Source: Xylographa opegraphella (taxonomy: Eukaryota). From it: a stretch of 64,000 nt of DNA. The stretch covers positions 496,001-560,000 of the forward strand of contig JALDZX010000008.1 of NCBI GenBank assembly GCA_022813865.1, written 5' to 3'. Position 1 is the first letter of the stretch. Each line of letters starts with the position of its first letter. Below the pieces are notes generated by a model. The model was not told the DNA's origin. It worked only from the letters and a program-made list of their open reading frames with translations, and searched no databases. Of this stretch, positions 1-11,910 are shown piece after piece. The position numbers and the translations under genes are program-made.

Positions 1-325
1 GTGACAGCAGCATCATGCCATAAATCAACGTCACTGGACCACCATGGGTGATACCGACAGCAAAAACAGCGCCAAATCCCCACCAAGTATTCAGTATATT
101 CCATGCTGCAGCTAAAAGCGTAAGGTTACTCATTGACTTAATGGGTTTCTCAACATCGCCTCGAACCATATTACCTTGCTGTATTAATCTCAAAGACAGA
201 ACGTATAGGCCGGGACGGGACTGACCTTCGCGAACTAAGTTCTGAAGTTCGTGTTCTGGCTCCTTGGAGACTCGAGTCATGCCACCATGGTTTTCTACGT
301 CTTTCGGACGTGGCGAAGACATCAT
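1..325 (-). CDS. APC-family amino acid/choline/GABA permease, 5' end only (runs off the window)
   Basis: Hand translation MMSSPRPKDVEN...VRE|intron|GNMVRG...LLAAAWNILNTWWGFGAVFAVGITHGGPVTLIYGMMLLS. WN..N.W...GGPVTLIYG is the TM1-TM2 pattern of fungal HNM1/UGA4-like permeases. Missed by the ORF track. Confidence 0.75.
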   Translation of the reverse strand, partial: MMSSPRPKDVENHGGMTRVSKEPEHELQNLVREGQSRPGLYVLSLRLIQQGNMVRGDVEKPIKSMSNLTLLAAAWNILNTWWGFGAVFAVGITHGGPVTLIYGMMLLS

Positions 326-1514
326 GAAGTTGCTGAAGTCCAGTTCATGGGCTTCGCTGGCTCAACTATAACCCCTGGTTGGACTTTCAGAGAGATGATG
401 AATATCAAAGCGATACTGAGCAAGCTGTGAAGGGTGCTCTGCCACACCATTAAACCCTGACTCATAGTGGTTGGGAGAGCTTATCAGGTACCTCTGCCCT
501 GCCAGCATCACTGCATCAGATCTGGTTAGCATACAAGTAGGCACCAAAATCGCATGGGCTACACAAACATCAGAGTTTGATCCTTTGAAACTGACTTTTG
601 GCGAAAGACCTCAGCAGCAGTAGAAACCACATGACATTACACATTCGCGACGGCAGGCATATGTTTCTTTTCCCAAAGGGTATGCTTCCGGACATTCGAC
701 CATGGGTGTTCCAGAAGCAGCGACAACAGTGTCCGGAGTTGTATCGCAATTCACGACAGCCATGATATCATAGATTGGACGGTGGCAGTCACACTTCTTT
801 CCTTAGTCCTAAGACAGCAACGGTCCAATCGTCCAGCGGGTGATGAGATGTTCTTCGTGGATGTCGGTCAGAGCGAACCAATGGCTGCATACCGCTGATG
901 CACGTCATCCAGCGGGCCGCGCTGTCTATTCAAAGGAACGGGCTGAGCTTCTGAAGGGAAGGAGCTGATGCGGCTATAAGGCGCAAACCTAACATAACTT
1001 CCAATCGGAAAGATGTAGTGACTCCGCGCTTACCGGCCCATGGATCCCAGAGCTGAGGGCGGATCTCTGGCCTTAGGCTACGGTCATCGTACCGGAACAT
1101 ATAGGATTGGTTGTCCAACATGTGTTAAGATCGTCACATGGCGCGAGTGTGGTTCTACAAAGCCAGTCATTCAAGCACGGAAATTGGCAAGATACCCGCC
1201 CGATCCGACAAGAGACATGAGAGGTAAGTGAGAACTTGATTCTGGATTCAGGGTGGAGGGGAGAGAAAGCCACCTTGCTCCATGCGAGATGATAGACCAC
1301 CGAAGTATCTTGTTTCTCGATCCTGATTTTTCCTCGCTTTGTCTCTTCGTACCGTGCCACGCTATTACAGCCATATTTACATACTCACAGCTACAGCCAA
1401 GCAACGGGTGAGAGTTTGAGTCACGAATTTGTATCCGCACACCTGCTCTCGAGAGATGTTAGGGTTAATTTGGGCCGCTTGTCATTGCGCATAACTCTAT
1501 CTCCGCCAGTTATG

Positions 1515-3176
1515 CTAAGCTCTCGCTGGTACGGCAAGACAATCTTCAAATGGTAGCCCAGCTGCTTGTTTGATGATTTCCAAAGCTTGCATCACTTTCT
1601 CGTCGTCCATCCTCTTGGCAACCAGTTGAAGACTCACCGGAGAGTCTCTCTGTTTGTATGCATCATAATGATCGTGGGACCATTTGTCTATCTCGCTCCG
1701 GGGCTCGTAATCCTCGTCTTCCCGGTCCAGCTTCGGATCGACCCTACCAACGGGGAACACACAGGCTGGATAGTCAAGCAGATTCCAGATGGATGCGTAC
1801 CCCCAATAATGCGCAGTTTCCAGCAGTGGAGCGGGGCTTTGCTGGTATGGGCAAAGAATCACGTCCATGTCAGGGGCTTTGGCATTCCACTCTTGTAGAT
1901 ATTCATAGCGATACTTCTCTCGTTCGTTTGTCCACTTCCACACCTCGTGCAATGATAGTTCTTCCACCCCTGGGCCATCGACCATTCGGTACGATGTCAA
2001 GGGATGTACGGGCTCGCCTGTCTTCGCACAGTTCTGAAGCACCGACTGACCGCCATCAGGTGAATATAATTTCTCCAACATCTTCATCCCACGTTCGTGC
2101 TGATAGGGCGCCCATTCGGTGATGTTGAAGCCCTCTAGAGGTTTCAGCTTCTCGATGACCTCGCTTAGCGCTCGATGGATAGACTTTGCTGGCTTGACCA
2201 CTCTATCGTCCCACATGACACCGATGTTGAGTTGGAGTTTGCCATGTCGGACAAAGTATTTTTCTTCAGCTCGCCACGGCATTTGATGAAGACAAAGATC
2301 ATTCTTCCAAGGCTCTGATCCCAAGGCAACCTTCATAAAGAGATTCACGCCGTCGAGTGTTGGGCTCATTGGACACACAGAAGGTACGAAGGTATCGCAG
2401 CCCGTCATGTAATAAGCAGATCCACGGAGTGGGACTCTGTTCGTGGTAGGCTTCAGAGCGTACAGGCCGCAGTTTCCTGCTGGAGCGCGGATACTCCCAC
2501 CCCCATCGCCCCCAATCCCAAGCGGACTCCCATAGAGGGCCTGCAGAGCTGCGTCGCCTCCGGTCGATCCGCCGCACGTTGTCACGGTATTGTGTGGGTT
2601 TGTCGTGGTTCCTAAGAGACAGCTTGTCGTCTCAAGCATCATAAGACCTTGAGGCTCTGTAGTCCGGACGTAGAACACGGCGCCCGCTTTCCAAAAGATT
2701 GTCAGGAGATCTGCATCAGACTGGTCAAACTCTTCGTAATCGGCCACGAAGCCAGCATCTTTCCGAAGACCTTTCATAGGGATCCGCGCTTTGACACTGA
2801 TAGGCAACCCATGTAGAGGGCCGACCGGCTTCTTCTCCCTCTGGAAATAGTCGTCCAACTCTTTTGCGCGAGCCAGAGCGCGCTCTGGAAGCAGCTCATG
2901 GACGCAATTCACCAGTTTCTGGGCCAGCGCAGCCCTACGTAAAAAGGCATTTGCAACAACAGCGGCCTTGAGCTTGCCCCTGGCCAGCAGCTGTATCAGG
3001 GCTGTGGCAGGTGTCTCGGTTATTCGAATCTCGTCTTCCGATAACAATCTCCTCGGTATATCGGTAACATTGTGAGAAAGAATAGGTGGCAGAGACGGGA
3101 GAGGAGGGGTGACACTGTCAACTGTGTCATCACGATGCTTCTGAGCTGAGGCTGCTATCTCCTGCCACCTTGCCAT
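1515..3176 (-). CDS. Amidase-signature enzyme (acetamidase-like), intronless, about 553 aa
   Basis: GPLHGLPISVK (catalytic Lys), GGSTGG and GGDGGGSIRAPA (Ser-cisSer) motifs. First ATG at 3176 (MARWQEIAA). Confidence 0.93.
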   Translation of the reverse strand: MARWQEIAASAQKHRDDTVDSVTPPLPSLPPILSHNVTDIPRRLLSEDEIRITETPATALIQLLARGKLKAAVVANAFLRRAALAQKLVNCVHELLPERALARAKELDDYFQREKKPVGPLHGLPISVKARIPMKGLRKDAGFVADYEEFDQSDADLLTIFWKAGAVFYVRTTEPQGLMMLETTSCLLGTTTNPHNTVTTCGGSTGGDAALQALYGSPLGIGGDGGGSIRAPAGNCGLYALKPTTNRVPLRGSAYYMTGCDTFVPSVCPMSPTLDGVNLFMKVALGSEPWKNDLCLHQMPWRAEEKYFVRHGKLQLNIGVMWDDRVVKPAKSIHRALSEVIEKLKPLEGFNITEWAPYQHERGMKMLEKLYSPDGGQSVLQNCAKTGEPVHPLTSYRMVDGPGVEELSLHEVWKWTNEREKYRYEYLQEWNAKAPDMDVILCPYQQSPAPLLETAHYWGYASIWNLLDYPACVFPVGRVDPKLDREDEDYEPRSEIDKWSHDHYDAYKQRDSPVSLQLVAKRMDDEKVMQALEIIKQAAGLPFEDCLAVPARA

Positions 3177-4277
3177 CTTCCGGAGTTTGGTCCTGCTTCC
3201 AGGCTGGAAATTTGCAACTTTGTATCTGAAGAATTTGCACAGCAGCCAGGAATCAAATCGTCTACTCAACAACAACGGTTCATAATTGTCACAACATGGC
3301 CCGCCAGGGAGTCGGCGCCATCGGGATAAGTTCCGCCGAGCTCAAGTGTGGTGTCACCAACTATTGACAGTGATTCCCCTTATACCTACCTACTCTGTAA
3401 GGCAGGAACGTTGGAATAACTTAGCTACGTCATCTCCGACCCCACCAAAGGCAAACACCTTCCGCTCAAGCACCAGGTAACGACACCGGTACAGTACAGC
3501 GTACTGCGTGTGCAGAGCGATCCCCAGGCCACTGGCCGATCGACGGGGGTTGCGGACGGAGAGTCCTTTCGACGGCTTACCTTGCCACAGTCGCACATGA
3601 GCGCTCTCGTCATTGTACAACCTCAGCAGCGCGCAGCTCATGGGTGGCCTCAGACAGCAAGGATATTGTAACACTGGAACAGCAGGAGAGGGTGTGGCCG
3701 CTTTACCTCCGCAGCCTGCCACTGTGATATTGCTCCATCCCTGCTAGCTGTCCATCATTGGCGGCGGCCCGCATCGCGGCACAGCACCCTAGTCTCGTGC
3801 TAGTCATAGTCTGCCAAGGAACGCTATCCCGGCCACGATCTTCCTCAGATCCCTGGCCGTGACTGCTTCAATCCTCCACCGGGAACTATTTCCTCCGAGT
3901 CCCCCGTCCTGTGCTGCTGCCGCGCCGGGATATATATATGTGGGAGGGTGAGTGTGTGCGTGTGCACGCGGCGTGGTGTATGCTCGATGATAAGCAAGCT
4001 GTCTGATGTGGCTTGTTCCAGTATGGGCCTTGCTCCTCCTTGACAACGCTGAAGTCCTCGAGGGTGCACGGAAATCTATGCATTGGCCAGTGCTATTTAT
4101 GTGCGTGATTACCTGGAGTCTGACATCCAAGCCAGCTCTGTATCGTTATATCATTTCACTTCTTTCCGATTCCCCCACGCTTGAGTCAGCTTGACCTGTT
4201 CTTTACATTGCAAGGCTCTGTTGCGACTCAGCCAGATTCCTCCAAACACCGACCGAACATCGTCTTTCCATGTGGCC

Positions 4278-5621
4278 ATGGGCGCCGACAGCTCGTATTT
4301 GCAGGAAAACCTGGCTCCCACACTCACTGCCATCAATACAACTTGCATAGGCCTTGCTACCATTGCTGTGATATGTAGATTCATCTCTCGGCGAATGAAT
4401 AGTACGGGCTGGTGGTTCGATGACTGGACGGCGCTTCTGGCATTGGTTGGCCGCCAGGAAGTCTCTTTGGTAATCTACTGATCGATGCTCAGATTTTCGC
4501 CTGGGCATTTTACGCTCTGGTTGAAGCTTGTGAGTGAATCCGCGCTGCTCTAAATCCTTTCGTTCCTTGGAACTGAGAGTTTCCAAAGCTTTACCATACG
4601 GCCTTGGCAGGCATATCGAAGCAGTCTCTGAAATCGACCAAATTATGGATATGAAACTTCTCTATGTATATCAAATATTCTACTGCTTGATACCTTTAAC
4701 CATCAAGATTTCTGCGTGTTTGTTATACAAGCGGATCTTTGTGATAAAAAAGTTTATGAAATGGGTGAATGCAGTTTTCTGTGTCTTACTTGCCTGGGGG
4801 GTCTCATCGATATTTGTCAACATTTTTAATTGTACACCCATAGATGCTTTTTGGACAACTAATGAAAACTGCGTCGAGCTCAAAGCGTGGGTCAGTATCT
4901 TCCAGGAAGTCGTGTAATTATACTATGGTTAAATTGTTAATAGGTCCTTGGCTACGCCTTACCCGGTATTGTTCTTGATTTTGTTGTCTGGCTCACACCG
5001 ATCCCCCTTATCTGGAAGTTGAATTTGAGTCGTCGTCGTCGAATAGCGTTGACGTTAATTTTTGTGCTCGGGCTAGCGTGAGTATCTAACAGCGAGCTTT
5101 GATTCTTGATTTCCTATAGAACTGGAATGAAGACTAAACGCTTTCACAGGGACTGTGCGGTGGATATCGCTCGTCTTGCAGTGATAACTTCCTTTTTCGG
5201 CGAGGCCGACTTCACCTATCTGTACGCCCAGGTTCAATGGTGGGACATGTTGCACACCAGTATAGGCATCATTGCCATCTGCCTCCCAACGATACGTATG
5301 CTTATTCTCAAGATGAGCGACGTCCTGCAGGGCTACATTCACTCTTCCAAAAGCAACTCTACAAACGGCTACCTCGTGGGTCGTTGGAACAAGAGCGATC
5401 AGCATTATAACGAGTTGAATGACGCTGCAATTGCTCTCACAGGAGAAACTGGACGGACCACTCACAACAATGCGCTTGCGCTTGCGCTCAACCAGCAATC
5501 GAAAGGCTCAACTGCTGCTTTCACCGGGGAGAATGCAATCCAGGTGACGAATGATGTTATAGTGGAGAGCACTTTACCGCCGGCGGTTCCACCTGAAGCA
5601 CATTTGGCGAATCAAGTATAA
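4278..5621 (+). CDS. PTH11-like (rhodopsin-domain) integral membrane protein, multi-exon
   Basis: CRFISR...WWFDDW, GLGRH, IKISACLLYKRIF, NCTPIDAFW, GIIAICLPTIR motifs across exons joined by GT-AG introns. Confidence 0.9.
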
Positions 5622-6728
5622 TCGGCGCAGAAGCGCAAGCTTAAGGTCGAGGCTCGATTGCATAGGACGGTTCTTATGTTCCTACGAGCATCGTAGCAGA
5701 TCACACACGCTGGCCAGAGTGCAATCTGAAAGACCACACGACTGTGCTTCTCATGCGGGAATTTGAGAACGACATGTGCATATAACGTACGCATGCTCAA
5801 GGGACGGACGCGTTGAGGACATGGGTGTTGCAGGTTGAGGGGCAGCTTCATCGAGGTGTACAGCGGTGGAGAAGCGCTGTCAAACCGCAGGATTCCGAAC
5901 GGCAGCCATTGGAGAGACAGATAAGATGTGGCCAAGTTGTGAAGAGTTAACGCCGGAATTTAAATTGACTGTTCTCGAGCATACACAAGATCTACAATGG
6001 CTAGAGTCTAAGTTCGACACTCTCACCCAATATCATGATAGATGACTATCAACAAAACCGCTCTAGAACTCCTCACCCGCCCAGTCTACGACACAGAAAA
6101 GCCTTCTGATAAAGATAATCTCGAGTTTCTGGCTTGAGGACGTAGAATCGAGCTTTGGAAAGAAAACCCCGCGCTAATAAGCGCATCCAGGTTCATGGAA
6201 CATGACTTTGAGGTAACACACGTATCTTCAAGAAGTCCGCGATCTCTCCACTTATTGGCTGGGGATCCTCCAGTCTTCCCGGTGGGAGTCTCAGCGTTGT
6301 CAAAGCTTACACACAAGGTAGCATGCTCCAGTGCTTGCAGCTGTCGCACTAGCCTGTTTCTAGCATTCCACCTGTAGATTGTCTATCAGTGAAGCACATC
6401 GCAAGGTTCGCAAGCCGCGTCCTGCACCGCAACGTCATATTCCTGTACGGCGCGGATGCTTGCTAATGTGAGGGGGATGTTTCGGCTCTGCGACGGTCTT
6501 GAGCCCTGGATATCTATCCTTCGTAGCCTGCTTGGTCTTGTTATACATGTAGCCTTAAGCGCCATCTAAACCTTCTGGCTTTCGTTCTTTGGTGTCTTCT
6601 CAATCAAGCAAAGAAGTCGGCGAGGATGGCGACAGAAGCGCCTCCTTCGATCGAAGTTGCCGGGGATATGATTCCAGGGACAGGTTGATGCTCCGCAGCT
6701 GTGACTTCCAAGATACAATTTTGACTTC

Positions 6729-8478
6729 ATGGCAGTACACCTCGTCGACCTCGAACACGCGTTACGCGCGAAACATGCCGGGCGGTCCCCGGACATCGTC
6801 TTGGTACCCGCTCCTTCCAATGACCCCGACGACCCACTCAATTGGTCCCCTCGAAGAAAGCAGCTCGCGGCAGCATGTATCAGCATATATACCGTAGTTG
6901 TTGGCATAGCTTCTGCCGCTATATATTCGGTGTTTGCGCCCATCTCCAAAGATACCGGCCTCTCGCTGAATGACCTCAACTCAGGCACGGGCTATATGTT
7001 CCTGATGTTCGGATGGGGATGTCTCGTGTGGCAGCCGCTGGCGCTTCAGTATGGGAAACGCCCAGTCTTTCTCTTCTCGATGTTGGCGACTTTGGTTAGT
7101 CTCCTTGGGGATAGTTGCGCAGGCTGAATCTCGTTCGTTTTTGTTTACCCGCACGCTGATCAAACTCACAAGGCCGTCATGGTGTGGACGCCATACACGA
7201 AGGACACGGGCCAATATTACGCAAGCAAAATACTGCAAGGGTTCTTCGGTGCGCCGATCGAGTCACTCGTGGAGATATCAGTAGCCGACGTCTGGTTCCA
7301 ACACGAGAGGGGTACCTATATTGGGCTATACGCTTTTTCCTTGGCCGGAAGTAGCTATTTCGCACCAATCATCTCAGGCTTCATTGCTGACGCTCGAGGC
7401 TGGGGTTGGCAATGGGTATTCTTCTGGTGCGCCATATTCCTGGCGTTAGGATTTGTCTTTTGTTTCTTATTCATGGAAGAAACGAACTACAGTAAGTGAG
7501 GATGGCTCGTCTATTTTCATCGTGCGTTGAATAAGTCCCGATTCATCAGATCGTTTGACCCTGTCCTCCATTGAAGACAGCAAGCCGGCGGATTCGGAAG
7601 TTTTCGAACGTCCAGATATTCGCGAAAAGAGTCCCCAAATCCCCTTCTCAGGCTCCGACCACGCAATACCTCTCGACAATGCTGCTCTTGGATCGGTTCC
7701 CTACCAAAAGAAAACGTATTTGCAGAAGTTGTCGCTGATCTCCAAACACCGTCCATTAAACTTCCGCAAGATGGCAATTCGACCCCTAAAGCTTTTTTCT
7801 TTTCCAGTCATAGTGTGGGCCGGTTTCAGTTATGGTAGTACCGTTGTTTGGTTCAACGTCATGAACGGCACTACATCACTTATACTGTCCGCTCCACCAT
7901 ACAACTTTTCACCTTCCATCATAGGCCTCACTTATGTATCGTGTCTTGTCGGGGTCTGTCTGGGGGCAATATGGTCAGGTCGACTGGGTGATTCGATCAT
8001 GCTGAGAATTGCTCGACACAATGGCGGGATCGTGGAGTCGGAGCACCGCCTGTGGCTGTTCACAGTCAGCGCTATTCTCATACCGTTCAGCTTGGTTCTA
8101 TGGGGAGTTGGTGCTGCACATGGTATCCACTGGTTCGGTCTGGTTTTCGCTCTGGGTGTCGCGGCCACAAGCAATTGCATCGGAGTCCAGCTGAGCGTCT
8201 CGTACGTTATCGATTCTTATAAAGAACTGTCCGGTGAGGCAATGGTGACAGCCACCTTGATCCGAAACACCATGAGCTTTGCCATCAACTATGGCCTCAC
8301 ACCATGGGTGGAAAACATGGGCGAGCAGAATGCCTTTATACTGGCCGCCTTCGCTGGGCTTGCAGAGTGTCTTACATTTCTGGCGATGGTCAAATGGGGA
8401 AAGGGATTTCGAGCGAAGAGCAAAGAAAAATACTATGCTTATGTAAGGGAAAAGGAAGCCATTGGCTTGATCTATTAA
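6729..8478 (+). CDS. MFS transporter (HOL1-like), 2 introns
   Basis: LVPAPSNDPDDPLNWS, YGKRPV, DVWFQHERG, MEETNY and EHRLW motifs. Introns about 7096-7172 and 7492-7549. Confidence 0.92.
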
Positions 8479-9217
8479 TCAAGGAGCGGACACTCGCATA
8501 CAAGTGTCGGCAGTAACATGCTCTAACGTAGATTCAATCTTGTGATCCAAAGGGGCTTCAGCTCTGGCTCAGCGCGGCAGCAATACATTATAAGAGCATC
8601 GTCACCTCAAATGATCAATAGACTGGAGCGCAGTGGTTGCAACACTCCTGGCAGGACGGTCTATTAGAGGCTGTCAAAATTGGAGCGGAGGTTTGAGACA
8701 ATTTTAACCTCAATCTGTCAAACGTACACGCTAATCCCCTTCTGGTTGGTCCTTCCGCTCATGATCGCCGGTATCAGCTTAGGATATTCTTAGCGTGGAT
8801 ACATTTTGCAGAATTTTATGCACTTCCAACCTTACATGTTCCAAGCCTCATTGTTCACTATGAGCGCTGGCGCAGTTTGGTCGCGCTATGGTGAAACCGC
8901 CACGCTTCGTGATCCCATTTGAAGTCTTCTTGCATCTGTAAACCGAAGTACGTACTTGGAGAGCTGTCGTATGTATACGCGCATAGGCGCAATCTATGTT
9001 GTATCTTCAATCAACACGACGCAAGTATCATGAAACATGCATTCGTATTAACAAGCCGGGAACAACGGATCGATAAAATTGTCAGTCTGCCATCATCCAG
9101 CATGATTGACCAAAAATCGTGTATGTTCTTGCCCTTAATTCAACGTCCTCTTAATCTTTCATCCCACCTTGATATTGGAGGTTTCTCACGTCCAGAACTC
9201 TTAGCGAAGAGCAAGGG

Positions 9218-10402
9218 ATGTTTGGCGGAAAAAGTTATCTCCTGATAGCTAGTTTTGTTGTTTTGGGTGCCTTTGCTCTCCCAGATCACTGGGGCGTCCC
9301 TGGGCCCGATGACATTCCTACCAAATTCACACTGGTTGCAGCGTGGAATTCGAAGCTCGGTTCGCAGATCAAGGACGACTGTGAAAGCATCATAGCTGGT
9401 TGGCCGCGATCTGGAGCGATTCAGGCCGTCGATGATCTATTCGTTATGTACAGCGGCGCATGTGCCCTTGGACTGTATGTTCAGCACCCGCGTAGGAGCG
9501 GTCCTACTACAGTTCAAGATCAATGGGCAAGGATCACTTATACGACTTCTGTAGCAATAAACCTGCATGTCGGGACCGTGCGCGCAGGGTGGTCAATCGA
9601 TTTCCCATCTGGCCTACAGGTCTGCTTCTTCTTCAATATTCACCAGTTCACAAATTTCAACCAATTCAAAAGCCTTTCCTGGAATCTGGACCGCTCTCCG
9701 TTCTTTCAGCGTAGAGGGGACGCAAATGTGTTCCCACAGCTTGTTCCTATGACTGATACGCAACAGTGGCATTCAGATCTTCAGAGCCGCCTTGTCGCTG
9801 AAGGTTACCCTTTGGGGCTCGCTGATATGGCTGAGCCATTTAGTGGATTGGGCGCCGGCTCTTGGGCGAGCACGCGTCCGATAACTGCCGACTGTGAGGC
9901 TGCAATCAGTCATCTTGCCATAGAATCTTGGTTTATATCCAGGACAGGTGTGACCCTGTTAGCACCTAAGCTTGAGACAGATGGCCACTGCACGCTGGGA
10001 ATCTACCTCACGTCCCCGCTCGACCCGGAAACCGGAGACATTCGTCCTTACGGGCGTGCTCAGGGGAGTGACATCAATATCGTTCACGAAGCGACCAAAC
10101 TTGTGTCGAAAATCGAAATTCAACAAGAGGGCGGTGCCTACGTTGATCTTCAAAACGGGTTGGAACTTTGCTTGTACGACCAAAGCCTGATCGATCCGAC
10201 GAACATCTGTGCCAGAATGACGAAGATGCGCTTGAGAGATTGTCTCGACAACAGAGCTGCGGCCAGCAGGGGAAGGATGGTGATGGCCGCTGGGAGCAGG
10301 ATAGCGACAACGAATACGGGAATGACATCGACAGTGGCATCGACCTTGGCAGCTACAACGCCAGCGATAGCGAGAAGTCCACAAATCTTACCGGGTCACT
10401 AG
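9218..10402 (+). CDS. Secreted protein with two internally repeated Cys-containing domains (effector/toxin-like), intronless
   Basis: 394-aa ATG-initiated ORF with a hydrophobic signal peptide (YLLIASFVVLGAFA). Duplicated motif DC...G.C.LG(L/I)Y...G..(I/V)D...GL(Q/E)(V/L)C. Confidence 0.75.
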   Translation: MFGGKSYLLIASFVVLGAFALPDHWGVPGPDDIPTKFTLVAAWNSKLGSQIKDDCESIIAGWPRSGAIQAVDDLFVMYSGACALGLYVQHPRRSGPTTVQDQWARITYTTSVAINLHVGTVRAGWSIDFPSGLQVCFFFNIHQFTNFNQFKSLSWNLDRSPFFQRRGDANVFPQLVPMTDTQQWHSDLQSRLVAEGYPLGLADMAEPFSGLGAGSWASTRPITADCEAAISHLAIESWFISRTGVTLLAPKLETDGHCTLGIYLTSPLDPETGDIRPYGRAQGSDINIVHEATKLVSKIEIQQEGGAYVDLQNGLELCLYDQSLIDPTNICARMTKMRLRDCLDNRAAASRGRMVMAAGSRIATTNTGMTSTVASTLAATTPAIARSPQILPGH

Positions 10403-11910
10403 ATAATGCTTGGATGAACTCGCCGAAGAAACTGTATTGATATTATCTGGTAGCTGTCCTCGCAATGCTAAATAGTGATCTACGCCCCCAGCTACGCCTG
10501 GCTTCATCGTTTGCAGACTCAATGCTGAAATTATTCACAACCGAAGCATTTCTGCCTCTGTGGCCCCACTTGACAACTTACATCCTACAGCTCGCGGTTC
10601 TGTACATGAAGAGATCTACATTCCGTACGGAGCCACGGAGCTCATCCATCTGTCGCGGTGTACATAGCTACACTACCCAGCCTCTCTACTCTCACCTTCA
10701 TGCTCGATAATTCGAGAAGTGAGGAAAAGCTGGCGCAGGCGTTCTGGAAGTCGAAGGTGCAATTCTGGGCGTATCATCATGGGGCCCTTGTGTGTGATTC
10801 TCATTTGAAAGTAGTGTATCATGTGAGCGCTGAATTTGTACTCGCTTACTGCCTATGGCATGTCCGTGAATGAGAACGACCGTTTTATGATTCCCTATTT
10901 TGTGACTATACTTTCATACTTTCACACTCGTCCAGAGAAGGGCAAAACCCATGGCCGTCGTATCATCCAGTGTAGCTGATTCAGTGTATATTGTTCTTCA
11001 TCCCCATCCTCCACTTGCATCGAGTTATTGCAAGAAGTATTCACCACCGCTTTGCGTTGACTTGTTCTGGAAGTCTATCCAGTTTAAAGGGCTCTTAGAC
11101 CCTGATATATCGGTATCCGCCGCTCCCATCTCCGCTACCAGGGAAGAGGCGGCTTCTATGAGCCGAAGAGTACCCCGAGCTCCTGACCGAACCTGCGTGC
11201 CATCTTCAGCTGTAACTCACGGCTGCCTTTCCATACAGTCGTTGCATTGCTTTTTATGCGTCGCCTCGAGCAGGTCTGTCCTCCTTCCAGCTTCCCAGTA
11301 ATCAATCCTGGGGGATTTCTCACGGGCCGTTGTGGGTCCTGGATTAACCGGGGATTGTATAATCAGGAGTCTCTCCCCCTCTCTCTATTTCGTTGCGAGG
11401 CTGTAAAAGGCTATTCTGAAGCCTTGGGAGCTGCTGTAGCCACACTCTGGCTGCAGTAAAGGAAGAACAATCTTGCGTGATAGCGAAAAGAAGACATGGA
11501 TTGGTCATGATAGCAGGTGGAAGAGGGCGGCAAGGCACACTTTGTTAGAAGAAATGAACTTGGTTGAAATATTGGACGATTACATAGCAAAGCAGGTAAG
11601 ACAAGCTGTGACTCGCATCAACTGGAGACATTGATTTGGATTTCATCGACTGGAGGCTTGAGTTCATAACTCTCAATCGGGTTGGCTCACACTTCTGTAA
11701 GATGAATCATATGGGTTTGCTGTTTAACAAATCTTGGGTTCGTCCACATACCCATGCGCCGAGGCACGGGTTTCAATATCTCAGAAAGCTTAGTTGCGAT
11801 ACTATAAGCTATTCGCTGGGAACTCAAGGTTCTACCAACGGTCCTATCTCGATTCACATCCGCACCCTGCACATCTGTCCGGTCCCGAATCGCTAAGACG
11901 CCACGCTAAC

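Noticed and set aside
3177..3275. N-terminal extensions given by the ORF track, also at 26569, 42702 and 53094
   Set aside because: They rely on TTG/GTG starts. The first in-frame ATG fits each family better in a fungus.
6589..6897. 102-aa ORF overlapping the MFS start
   Set aside because: Non-ATG start, a different frame from the MFS gene, and no motifs.
10700..11550. Protein-like minus-strand frame with stops
   Set aside because: No recognisable family, so it cannot be distinguished from intergenic sequence.
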